Below are positions 34,263 through 43,106 of a DNA stretch of 64,000 bases, piece after piece (the first letter of the stretch is position 1; each line of letters starts with the position of its first letter). This stretch comes from Acidobacteriota bacterium (GTDB taxonomy: Bacteria; Acidobacteriota; UBA890; WLXD01). Where the stretch lies: NCBI GenBank assembly GCA_963666215.2, contig CAXWPL010000004.1, positions 800,001 to 864,000 of the forward strand, given 5' to 3'. The notes below the pieces were generated by a model, which saw only the letters and a list, made by a program, of their open reading frames with translations, was not told the DNA's origin and did not search any database. The position numbers were made by a program, and so were the translations under genes.

Positions 34263-36530
34263 TTATCCTTCGTAGTAGCGGCGCGGGATCCAGCTCCATC
34301 CCGATCCCGCCGACGCAGCGGCGCCGGGCGCCGCCTGATCGAGCACTTCGAGCGCCGCTTCCACGACGTCGTTCGTGGACAGCACGGTAGCCTTCTCGAG
34401 CGCTGGGGACTGCCCGACCCCCGGGACGTTCTTCTGCCCGACCGCGCGGGTTGGCAGAGCGGGAAAACGCTCGACTGCGGCGCCCTGGATTGCGCGCACA
34501 AACCCAGCGAACGGGCGGTCCTCCGAGGCGACGACCAGCCGCCCGGTGCGTTCGACGCTCTCGAAGACCGCATCGAGATCGGGCGGCACGAGCGTGCGTA
34601 GATCGATCACTTCGGCGTCGATGCCGTCGCGCTCGAGCTCGCCGGCGGCCTCGAGCGAGGTCCACACGGCACGACCCCAGGCGACGATGGTGACGTCGTT
34701 ACCCGATCGGCGCGTGGCCGCTTTCGAGAACGGCACGCGAATCGACGAGTCAATATCGGGCACCTCTCCACGCATGATCGACTTCTTGAGCTTCTCGACA
34801 CTCTCGGCGTCGGCGGCCTCGTCTGGAAAGGCGCGGCCGAGCGCGAGGCGGTAGAGCCACTTGGGGTCGAGAACAATTGTCGGCCCGCGATACTCGGCGG
34901 CCGTCATCAGCAGGCCGTAGACGTCGTAGCTCGACGACGGCATGACGATGACCAACCCGGGAATCGACGCCAGGTAACTGTCGAGGCTCATCGAGTGGTA
35001 GATGGCCCCACCGCCAAAGGGGTCGACCGGCATCCTCAAGATCACGTGCGAGGTCGCCTGGCCGTTCGACGACCACCGCAGGTTGCCGAGGTGGACGAAC
35101 CAATGGAACGCGTTCAGGGAGTAGTCGCCGAACTGGATCTCCGGGACAGCGATGAGGTCGTCGTGCAGACCGGCGCCGCAGGCCGTCCCGATGATCAGCG
35201 GCTCGTTGAGCGGCGCGTCGATGACACGGTCGGGGTGCTTGGCCTTGAGTCCGGCCGTGGCCGTCATGACGCCACCCAATCGCGCGACGTCCTGGCCCCA
35301 AATCACTCCGTTGTGGTTGCCGACAATCTGGTCGAGCGCGGCGCGGACAGCGCCGGCATAGCTGATGTTCGTGGTCGCGTCCCCGTCCTCGGAGGCTTCC
35401 TCAACGCTCGGAAACGGCGCATAGATCTCCTCGTAGATCGAGTCGGCCGGCGGATCGGGCTCAGCGCGTACCCGTTGGATCAAGGCGCGCACGCTCTCGA
35501 TCTGTTCCTCCATCAGCTTGCCGGGTGTGTGGTGAGCGAAGAAGTCACGTCCGGTACCCTCTTTGCGGCGCAGGATGTCCTCGATTGCGAGGTGGTTGTG
35601 CAGCACCAGCTTCTCGCCGAACGCGATCAATGGATCCTGCTGTGAAAGGTCGAAGGTGACGTCGGCTGCCGAGCTGTGACCGTTGAAGCGCGGCAGGTTC
35701 TGAACGTGCAGGACGACGGCGGTTTGGTTGTCTTTCACGTGGCCGGCGACCGCTTTCGTCGTCCGAAAGACGTCCCAGAAATCGCGCCCATCACACTCGA
35801 AGTGCTCCAGCCCGAACGCCCGAGCGTAGGCGGCGTAGTCCTTGATGCCCTGGCCTTCTTCCGGGGTGGTGCTGATGGCGACGTTGTTGTCGGTGACCAT
35901 GATGATCAGCGGCAGCTTCCACACGCTGGCCGCGTTCATTGCCTCGTGCAGGTCGCTTTCCGCTGTCGTGCCGTCGCCGATGATCGCTATCGCGACGCCG
36001 TCTTCGATTCCTTTGACCTTCATGCCCATGGCGTACCCGGCGGCCTTGCCGAGCTGCATGCCAACCGGGCTCTGGATGGGCAGGACCCCGATCTCGGGGT
36101 AGTAGTGGTGATTCACCATCTGTCGGCCGCGACTCAGCGGGTCGGTGTCCTTGGAGAACTGCTGCCGCAAGATGTCGGCCGTAAAGTTCTCGTGCCCGTT
36201 GAGCTCACACCACATGCTCACCAAGGCGCCCGAGCGATAGTGCGGGATTATGCCGAAGTGCTCCACGTTGACGACCTTCGACAGCGCGAGGGCGGTTGCG
36301 ACGCCATGAACCTCTTCGCCGGGGCCCCAGATCGCGAACTTCACCTCGCCGCGGCTGACCAGACGGACGATGTACTCCTCCGCCGTACGAGATCGAATCG
36401 CTACCCGATAGGCCCGGACGAGCTCGTCGGACTGCAAACCGGTCTCTGACTCTGGCTTGTTACTCGGAACACCACGCGCGGGCGGGGATTGGAGTTTTCG
36501 CGGACGCCTCCACTGGATCCGTATGCTCAT
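34263..36530 (-). CDS. Fused 2-oxoacid (probably branched-chain) dehydrogenase E1 alpha/beta
   Basis: TPP motif GDGTTAESD...NN, GHSSA, GQDVARLGGV, DAPLNE, EIQFGDY and EVIDLRTLVP. Confidence 0.9.
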   Translation of the reverse strand: MSIRIQWRRPRKLQSPPARGVPSNKPESETGLQSDELVRAYRVAIRSRTAEEYIVRLVSRGEVKFAIWGPGEEVHGVATALALSKVVNVEHFGIIPHYRSGALVSMWCELNGHENFTADILRQQFSKDTDPLSRGRQMVNHHYYPEIGVLPIQSPVGMQLGKAAGYAMGMKVKGIEDGVAIAIIGDGTTAESDLHEAMNAASVWKLPLIIMVTDNNVAISTTPEEGQGIKDYAAYARAFGLEHFECDGRDFWDVFRTTKAVAGHVKDNQTAVVLHVQNLPRFNGHSSAADVTFDLSQQDPLIAFGEKLVLHNHLAIEDILRRKEGTGRDFFAHHTPGKLMEEQIESVRALIQRVRAEPDPPADSIYEEIYAPFPSVEEASEDGDATTNISYAGAVRAALDQIVGNHNGVIWGQDVARLGGVMTATAGLKAKHPDRVIDAPLNEPLIIGTACGAGLHDDLIAVPEIQFGDYSLNAFHWFVHLGNLRWSSNGQATSHVILRMPVDPFGGGAIYHSMSLDSYLASIPGLVIVMPSSSYDVYGLLMTAAEYRGPTIVLDPKWLYRLALGRAFPDEAADAESVEKLKKSIMRGEVPDIDSSIRVPFSKAATRRSGNDVTIVAWGRAVWTSLEAAGELERDGIDAEVIDLRTLVPPDLDAVFESVERTGRLVVASEDRPFAGFVRAIQGAAVERFPALPTRAVGQKNVPGVGQSPALEKATVLSTNDVVEAALEVLDQAAPGAAASAGSGWSWIPRRYYEG

Positions 36531-36740
36531 CGCCCACACCTGGGGTTGCGACAGGCCGACGGTGACCGTCAGGGGCTGCTGCGGTCCGCCCGTCGCGTGC
36601 GAAGGGAAATGCTAGCGTTGAAAATTGCAGAAGCAGCGAGTATATCAATGACGCGGAAAAGCGAAGCGGGCGCCGCGCCCCCCATTGCGCGACGCCCACT
36701 CCGTGGTCGCCAAAACGAGCGACCCTGGACAGCTTCTGAA

Positions 36741-37436
36741 TCAGTCGCTGAGCTTCACGTTGAGCTCGAGCGTCGGATCGACGATCGCCGCGCGCCGGGT
36801 GTAATCAAAGGCATGCCGCACGTAGAGCGGGTAGACGCCGGCGCCGCCGAAGCCGCCGACAATGCGGTACTCGCCGCGCAGCAGCGCGAAACCGAGCTGC
36901 ACCTCGCCGTATGCATTCGTGAAGGCGTGCTCGCGGCCGTTGGTGAAGTACGACCAGCGCTCGCCGGAGCCGCCGCCGTTGAAGATTCCTCGCATGCTGT
37001 CGGGGCGGCCGAGCGTCACCCACACGCGCCCACGGTCCGATCTCCAGCCGCGTGGGAACTGCGCGAATCGGTCGTTGGCGGCGGCCACGCGTTCGTAGAA
37101 GGCGATCTTGAACGGATTCTTCGTGGTCGTGGAGTCGTCGTCGCGGCGGTCCCAGAACCAGCGAATGAAGGCAACCCGATCGGCCGACGTGCCCAACTTC
37201 TTCCAGACCTCGCGCTCGGACTTCAACGCCAGGTACTCAACGGGGCCATCCATCCACTGGTCGATGTCGCCCTCGTAGTACGCCATCGCCTCGGCACCGA
37301 TCGTCGGGAACTCGTTGAAGCCGGCCGTAGCTCCCGCGGCGGGCATTGCGGCGGCGACAACTGAGGCCACCGCGAAGCTCAGCGCGGTGCGAAACGTGAG
37401 GGATTTGCGAATCCAGGTCCTTCTGTTGCTACGCAT
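36741..37436 (-). CDS. GWxTD domain-containing secreted protein
   Basis: FWDRRD...NPFKIAFYERVAAANDRF...GWRSDRGRVWVTLGRPD...ERWSY; SD GGAGGT; signal peptide. Confidence 0.9.
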   Translation of the reverse strand: MRSNRRTWIRKSLTFRTALSFAVASVVAAAMPAAGATAGFNEFPTIGAEAMAYYEGDIDQWMDGPVEYLALKSEREVWKKLGTSADRVAFIRWFWDRRDDDSTTTKNPFKIAFYERVAAANDRFAQFPRGWRSDRGRVWVTLGRPDSMRGIFNGGGSGERWSYFTNGREHAFTNAYGEVQLGFALLRGEYRIVGGFGGAGVYPLYVRHAFDYTRRAAIVDPTLELNVKLSD

Positions 37437-37559
37437 CGTCGTACCTCCGGGCGCTTCGGTTGATCTGGGGTTGAGGGAACGTAACGGTCGGGGCGGGTAC
37501 CCTTTCCAGGACCTCGACCGTCGGGCAGCGGCCAGCTGAGGCTGACTGCCGATGCACAC

Positions 37560-37575
37560 AGCAATATGTGTGCCA
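37560..37575 (-). promoter_or_regulatory. Sigma54 (-24/-12) promoter for the GWxTD gene
   Basis: Reverse complement TGGCACA-CATA-TTGCT is an exact match to the TGGCACR-N4-TTGCW consensus, about 125 bp upstream of the start codon. Confidence 0.8.
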
Positions 37576-37725
37576 CCCGACTCCAAAAAGTTTCCAGGCG
37601 ACAGTTAGACGGCACGGGGGGCGGACACAGGCCACGAGAGGTAGTTGTGGGGACGTCAATGACGACGTCGGGGCGAGAGATGGCCGCTCGGCTCCAGGGC
37701 CATGGGCCGGCGTTATACCGACGCA

Positions 37726-37775
37726 TGTCCAAATACCGACACTCCTATCTCGGCCCGACTGTCGTCGGGACGACA
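37726..37775. promoter_or_regulatory. Two candidate enhancer (UAS) sites, TGTC-N8-GACA
   Basis: TGTCCAAATACCGACA (37726-37741) and the palindrome TGTCGTCGGGACGACA (37760-37775), 150-200 bp upstream of the sigma54 promoter. Confidence 0.6.
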
Positions 37776-37874
37776 CGGCCGTGGCGACGCCCAAACCAGC
37801 TCACGCTCGCTGCTGCGGCGGCAGCCCAAGGCGGGCTTAGTGGTCGATTCTTTCCACTAGAATGGGCCGCACTC

Positions 37875-39809
37875 ATGACACGATTTCTGCAGAAGCTGCG
37901 GCTGGCCCCGGCGACCGCCAGCGAACCCGTGCTCGTGGGGCTGCTCGTGTTGCTGGCTTTGCTGGTTGTTTCGCGGGGCCCCACGTCGATGAGCGGCGGC
38001 GCGCCTCACTACCTGGCGATCAGCCATTCGCTGGTCTACGACCTCGATCTCGACCTGACCAACCAGTATTCCGAGTCCGACAGCACATACGTCTTTCGTC
38101 CCGAAAGCGGCGGCACCCACCTCGTCGCTGGCCGTGACGGTGGCCTCTATCCGGTGCGCGACCTGGGGTTGCCGTTGCTGCTGACGCCGGGCCTGGCGGT
38201 ACTCGATTTCATCGTCTGGACGATTCCCGAGCCGGCGCTGCGCGCGGCTCGCTGGAGCCGTGCGAACGCGCTCCGCGACCTGCTATCGATGCTCATGCTG
38301 TTGCTCTACGGGTTGACCGCCACGCTGGCTCTGCGGACGACTCAACGGCTCGCTAGCGACGAGAGCGGGGCGCGCTTCGGTTGGTGGGCAACTCTGGTGG
38401 CGTTCGCGACACCACCCTTGCTGCCACTCTCGATTCTGATGTTCCCGGAGGTACCGGTGGCCTTGCTCGCCGTTGCCTTCCAGCTCGAAAGCCTCCGAAG
38501 TCGCCCGCGGCTGTGGCTGCAGCTCAGCCTGATCGCGGCCTTTCCTTGGATGGGCTTGCGCTACACGCTGATCGCCGCCGTGGCGCTCGCCTGGCTCGTC
38601 CTCAGAAACCCGCGTGTGTTTTCGAAGAGCAAGTCCGAGCTTGCCATCCCGCTGGGATCTGCGGCGCTGCTTCTCTTTTCCAGCTGGTGGATGTACGGCT
38701 CATGGCTTCCTTGGGCGCGCTATGCCGATCCGGTAGAGACGAGGACGTTCTGGCTGCTGATGTTCCACGCGCTCGGGCTCTTGGCCGATCCCTTCTTCGG
38801 TCTGCTCATGGTGGCCCCCTTCTGGTTGATCGCATTTGCCGGTGTGCAGGAAACGTGGGGGCGGCGGCGCGGTGCCGCGGTGTTCGGCCTGGCCACCTTC
38901 GCACTGCTGTTCGCTTCGGCCGCTCTGCGTCAGGGTTGGTGGGGTGGATACTCCCCCTCGGCACGCCTGCTGGCGCCGGCGCTGCCTGTTCTCGTTCCGA
39001 TGCTCGCGGTCGGCCTGGCTCGACTGTGGCACGGGTGGAAGCGTTTGTTGATCGTCGGCACCGTAGGCTGGGCGACCGTCTTGTCCGGCGTCCTGGTGTA
39101 CGAGCCGATCAATCTCTGGAGCGACGCCGAGCGCGGCAGGTCATTGCTCTCACCCGCTTTCGCTGGCTATCCGCTGGCCCAGTCGGATGCGCCGCGCGCC
39201 TGGGTGCTTGTGCGTCCACCTCCGGTCGATCCGCCGCTCGGCTTGGCGGTGCACCGCGGGAATCTGAAAGCCGTATTGCGTGCGTTGACCGACGGTGACG
39301 ACGTAGACGCGGCCACCAGCACCGGGGAAACGCCCCTGATGGCCGCGGCGTCCGACGCCCGTGGTGGCATTCTTCGGGCATTACTCGATGGCGGGGCCGA
39401 CCCGGCGCTCGCGGATCTCGACGGCTGGACTGCGCTCATGCTCGCGGCTCGCAACGGCAACACCGACGCCGTCAAGCAGCTGCTCGACGCGGGGGCCGAC
39501 GCTCGGGCCGCCTCCCTTCTCGGTTGGACCGCCTTGATGTGGGCGGCCCAGGGCGGACATCGTGGCATCGTCGACGCGTTGCTCAGCGCCGGGGCAGCTG
39601 TCGATCAGGCGCGCGCAGACGGCACGACCGCCCTCGCTCTCGCGGTTCAGCGAGCACACGAGGGGGTCGTAGCCAGCCTGCTCGCGGCCGGGGCCGATCC
39701 TCGGTACCGCTCCACCGGGCCGGCGCCCCTCGATTGGGCCTCGGCCGCCGACAACAGGCGGCTGGTTCGCACTCTGCGTGCGGCCGCTCGCGACGAGGGG
39801 GCCGCATGA
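37875..39809 (+). CDS. GT-C-like polytopic membrane protein fused to C-terminal ankyrin repeats
   Basis: PHYLAISHSLVYDLDLDLTNQY, FPEVP, FGLLMVAPFW and WWGGYSPSARLL motifs. Then repeats GETPLMAAA, GWTALMLAARNG, GWTALMWAAQGG and GTTALALA. Confidence 0.8.
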   Translation: MTRFLQKLRLAPATASEPVLVGLLVLLALLVVSRGPTSMSGGAPHYLAISHSLVYDLDLDLTNQYSESDSTYVFRPESGGTHLVAGRDGGLYPVRDLGLPLLLTPGLAVLDFIVWTIPEPALRAARWSRANALRDLLSMLMLLLYGLTATLALRTTQRLASDESGARFGWWATLVAFATPPLLPLSILMFPEVPVALLAVAFQLESLRSRPRLWLQLSLIAAFPWMGLRYTLIAAVALAWLVLRNPRVFSKSKSELAIPLGSAALLLFSSWWMYGSWLPWARYADPVETRTFWLLMFHALGLLADPFFGLLMVAPFWLIAFAGVQETWGRRRGAAVFGLATFALLFASAALRQGWWGGYSPSARLLAPALPVLVPMLAVGLARLWHGWKRLLIVGTVGWATVLSGVLVYEPINLWSDAERGRSLLSPAFAGYPLAQSDAPRAWVLVRPPPVDPPLGLAVHRGNLKAVLRALTDGDDVDAATSTGETPLMAAASDARGGILRALLDGGADPALADLDGWTALMLAARNGNTDAVKQLLDAGADARAASLLGWTALMWAAQGGHRGIVDALLSAGAAVDQARADGTTALALAVQRAHEGVVASLLAAGADPRYRSTGPAPLDWASAADNRRLVRTLRAAARDEGAA

Positions 39810-40855
39810 GTCGCGGGCGCGCACTGGCCGGCAACCTGGCACTGGCGGCGGCGACGCTCGTGGTGACCATAATGGTTGCCGAGTTGGCGTTGCGCGTTGT
39901 TGGCTACGCCTACTCCCCGTTGCACATCGAGATCATCGGCGGCGACGCACGGGTGCAGCACGTTTTCGAGGACGGCCACTTCGAGTACGACGCGGAGCTC
40001 ATCTGGCGCCCTCGTGCCGGCCGCTCAGTATTCAATCTCCAGGGTTTTCGGGGTGCCGATCTGGAGCAGCCGAAGCCAACGAACGCCTACCGTATCTTCA
40101 CGGTCGGCGACTCCAATACTCTCGGCTGGGCCGGTGATCGAGGCCCGAATTGGCCGCAGTACCTGGGCGAACTGCTAGCCGACGCCGGCGGAGTGACGAT
40201 CCAGGACTCAGATCAGCCTGCCGCGGTGACGGTCACCAACGCCGGGGTCTGGGGTTACACCGCGTTTCAGGGATACCGACGCTTCCAACAAACACTGCAG
40301 TACGAGCCAGACATGGTTCTGGTGAGCTTCGGCGCCAACGACGCGCACCGCGTTGCCTACGCCGACTCCGAGTTCGAGCTCAGCCGGCTCCGCTCGTCCC
40401 GACTCGATCAGATGTTGTCTCGCGTGCGCCTCGGCCACGTGCTGCTGGCGCTTCTGGATCGTTCTTCCGCCACAGTCGAGGCCGACCTGCGTCCGCGTGT
40501 CGGGCTCGACAGCTATCGCGATCTCCTGACCGCGATGGTTCGAGAAGCTCGTGAGCGCGATATCCGCGTCGTCTTGCTGACGCGGCCTTACATAGGAGCC
40601 ATCCGAGGGCCGATGTTGTGGAAGAACTTCGCTCGCGACTACGCCGTCGCAACGGCGGAGGTCGCGGCGGCCGAGTCGGTACCGCTCATCGACATCTATT
40701 CGGTGTTCCGCGAGCAAGAAGAGCTGTTCGAGGACGAGTCGCACTTCACCGAGGAAGGCCACCGACGCGCCGCGCGCGCGGTGTATGAGGCAGTTCGCAC
40801 CGAGCTGTGGCGGGCTGGTCGTTGGCGAGCGCGGACGACCGAACTCGACCCGTAG
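39806..40855 (+). CDS. Membrane-anchored SGNH/GDSL hydrolase or O-acetyltransferase-like protein
   Basis: N-terminal TM, NLQGFR, GDSNTLG, NAGVWGY, GAND and DESH; ATGA overlap with the upstream gene. Confidence 0.88.
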   Translation: MSRGRALAGNLALAAATLVVTIMVAELALRVVGYAYSPLHIEIIGGDARVQHVFEDGHFEYDAELIWRPRAGRSVFNLQGFRGADLEQPKPTNAYRIFTVGDSNTLGWAGDRGPNWPQYLGELLADAGGVTIQDSDQPAAVTVTNAGVWGYTAFQGYRRFQQTLQYEPDMVLVSFGANDAHRVAYADSEFELSRLRSSRLDQMLSRVRLGHVLLALLDRSSATVEADLRPRVGLDSYRDLLTAMVREARERDIRVVLLTRPYIGAIRGPMLWKNFARDYAVATAEVAAAESVPLIDIYSVFREQEELFEDESHFTEEGHRRAARAVYEAVRTELWRAGRWRARTTELDP

Positions 40856-41029
40856 TCGCGATCCCGAGCACGGCGGGTCGTGTTGCTGCCCAGGCACGGC
40901 CAACCCCGCGGACGCCAAGTCCGCCACACCTCGAGCGCAGCACGACTCCAGGGGGTCCGCTGCCCGTTTCGCTAGCCGCTTGTCGGCTCGATCACGCTTC
41001 TCCTTGCCGTTCTCGGTCTTCGTGACGCG

Positions 41030-41100
41030 TTTTTAGTTGTCAAACCATGCTCAAACATTTATAAAACTTCTATTAGATGTTTAAACATACTAAAATATCT
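41030..41100 (+). promoter_or_regulatory. AT-rich promoter region with two related operator-like boxes
   Basis: ATGCTCAAACAT (41047-41058) and the perfect palindrome ATGTTTAAACAT (41077-41088) are 30 bp apart. TAAAAT follows at 41091. Confidence 0.55.
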
Positions 41101-41156
41101 TGCGACACACCACACACCACGACATCTTCGCGGATCCAGCAGGAGTTCCTGTCTCG

Positions 41157-41561
41157 ATGGGCCTCAACTGGCAGGCGATGCCGGCTTGCGGCCGCGTCGC
41201 GTTCACTCTCTGTTTTCTCGCTGCGGCTGCAGCGTGTGCTCGATCGACGCCGGAGCTCCTGCTCGAGGTGCCGGCCGAGCTGCAAGGCACGTGGCGCGCC
41301 GAGGATGCCGACTGGGAAGGCGCCTACCTGGACTTTCGCGCGCTGTTCGTCGAGATCGGTCGGGTTGACGGCGACTCCGACCTCTATCCAGTGGTTGGAG
41401 TCACGGTGGACGCGCAGCCCCGCGTCAGCTTTTACGACGTGCACTACAGCGACTCGTCGGGTGGAAAGTACGCGCTGCGTGTGCTGATTGATTCGCGCGA
41501 GCCGCAGGTTCTCATGATGCAGAACCGTCGGCATGTCGGCTGGCGTCGGGAGGCCGTGTGA
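41157..41561 (+). CDS. Predicted lipoprotein of unknown function
   Basis: Lipobox LAAAAA-C, then VPAELQGTWR and a beta-rich body; SD AGGAG; stop overlaps the next start. Confidence 0.7.
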   Translation: MGLNWQAMPACGRVAFTLCFLAAAAACARSTPELLLEVPAELQGTWRAEDADWEGAYLDFRALFVEIGRVDGDSDLYPVVGVTVDAQPRVSFYDVHYSDSSGGKYALRVLIDSREPQVLMMQNRRHVGWRREAV

Positions 41562-42721
41562 TGCGACGACAGCTGAGGAAGCGCCGCCGACTCCTGATCG
41601 ATCGACTGCAGCACAGGTTGCTGCTATTCGCCGCGCTCTACATGGCCGGCGTTGCGGTGATCTTTCTGCTGGTGATCTTCCTGCCGCCTGCCCTCGAGCT
41701 GCGCGACCCGGCGCTTTCGGTGGCTCGTCGACGTGACGTGGCCACCGAGCTCATCGGCATTCATCGTCGGCTGTGGCCGGCGCTCGCCGTGGCAGCGTCG
41801 GCGGTTCTGCTGCATGTGCTCTTGACATCGCATCGCATCGCCGGGCCGCTCTACAGAATCCGCACTGTCCTCGCCGCCGTGACGCGTGGCGACCTGTCGG
41901 TCCATACCGGGATTCGCGCGCACGACTACCTCACGAACGAAGCGAGGGTGCTCACCGAAACCGTCGACTCGCTGCGGCGCCAAGTGGAAGTGTTGCGCGA
42001 GCATCGCGATCGACTCACAGCCTCGGTAGCGATGACGGGCGAGGGTCTCCAATCGTGCTCTGTAGCCAAGTCGTGGGTGCACTTCCGCCAAGCGCGAACC
42101 GATCTCGCCCGGTTGAGCGCTGCGATCGACTGGTTCGATCTGGAGGGCGAGTCGCAGCCGGCGGAACCGTTGGCAGTTGGCGCCGGTCCGCCGAGCTCGC
42201 AGCGTCAGTCGGCGGACGCAGCGGGCACGGGGGGAGCCGAAAACGACACCGAGAGCGATGAAGAGCGACCAACACCGTTGCGCGCGGCCGGCTTCTCGCT
42301 TATCGAGGTACTGCTTGTGGTCGGCGTCATCAGCACGATCGCCGCGATCGCCGTTCCGGCGTACATGGAGGTCTACGACAGGGCCCGCGTAGCCAAGGGG
42401 ATTGGTGACGTCGACGCGATCTCGACCGACATCGTCGCCTGGCGCGCCTCCAACAGTGCATACCCCGACACACTCGTGCCGGTCGGCTACTCCGGCTATA
42501 TCGATCCCTACGGCGAGCCGTACGTCTACTACAACGTCGACAAGAACGGCGTAGGCGGCGCGCGTAAGGACCAGTTTCTCAAGCCGCTCAATTCCGATTT
42601 CGATGTCTACAGCATTGGCATGGACGGCAAGTCCACAAGGCCCATCCAGGCCCCGCGGAGCCAGGACGACATCATCCGGGCGGCGAACGGTGGCTTCATC
42701 AACCTTGCCTCGGAGTACTAG
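41558..42721 (+). CDS. 2-TM/HAMP domain fused to a type IV pilin/pseudopilin domain
   Basis: Two TM helices and HAMP SHRIAGPLYRI...GDLS...IRAHDYL. Internal G|FSLIEVLLVVGVISTIAAIAVP at residue 246, then DPYGEPY and DVYSIGMDG...DDIIRA. Confidence 0.8.
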   Translation: MMRRQLRKRRRLLIDRLQHRLLLFAALYMAGVAVIFLLVIFLPPALELRDPALSVARRRDVATELIGIHRRLWPALAVAASAVLLHVLLTSHRIAGPLYRIRTVLAAVTRGDLSVHTGIRAHDYLTNEARVLTETVDSLRRQVEVLREHRDRLTASVAMTGEGLQSCSVAKSWVHFRQARTDLARLSAAIDWFDLEGESQPAEPLAVGAGPPSSQRQSADAAGTGGAENDTESDEERPTPLRAAGFSLIEVLLVVGVISTIAAIAVPAYMEVYDRARVAKGIGDVDAISTDIVAWRASNSAYPDTLVPVGYSGYIDPYGEPYVYYNVDKNGVGGARKDQFLKPLNSDFDVYSIGMDGKSTRPIQAPRSQDDIIRAANGGFINLASEY

Positions 42722-43106
42722 AGCGTTCTCTCGCACCTGCCGGAGGGGCCGAGTCGCCGCCGCTTTCGTTCGGGCGATTTCTGCCTCGCCGCGCGCACAC
42801 GAACTGCCCGAGCTGGAGATGGCTCCGGTGATCGAGTTCCCGGGCCTCTCCAACCCCGACCCCGGCACCGAGCAAGGCGGCCGGCCGCGCTGATTGCGCG
42901 TGGCACCTGAGACGGAGCCGCGCCAAGAGCTTCGCCGCGCTTCCGCCAACCCGGCGTCGAGCAGCGCTTCGATCTGCTGAGAGTCCGCACTCCGCGCCTG
43001 GTAGGCTGCCGTGCGCATGCACCGGCGTGCTGCGCCGGTTGTTTTCGCTCGCTCGCTCGTTGAGTGGATGCGGTTGATTGGGTGCGGTTGATGTGGTCGG
43101 AAAGCC

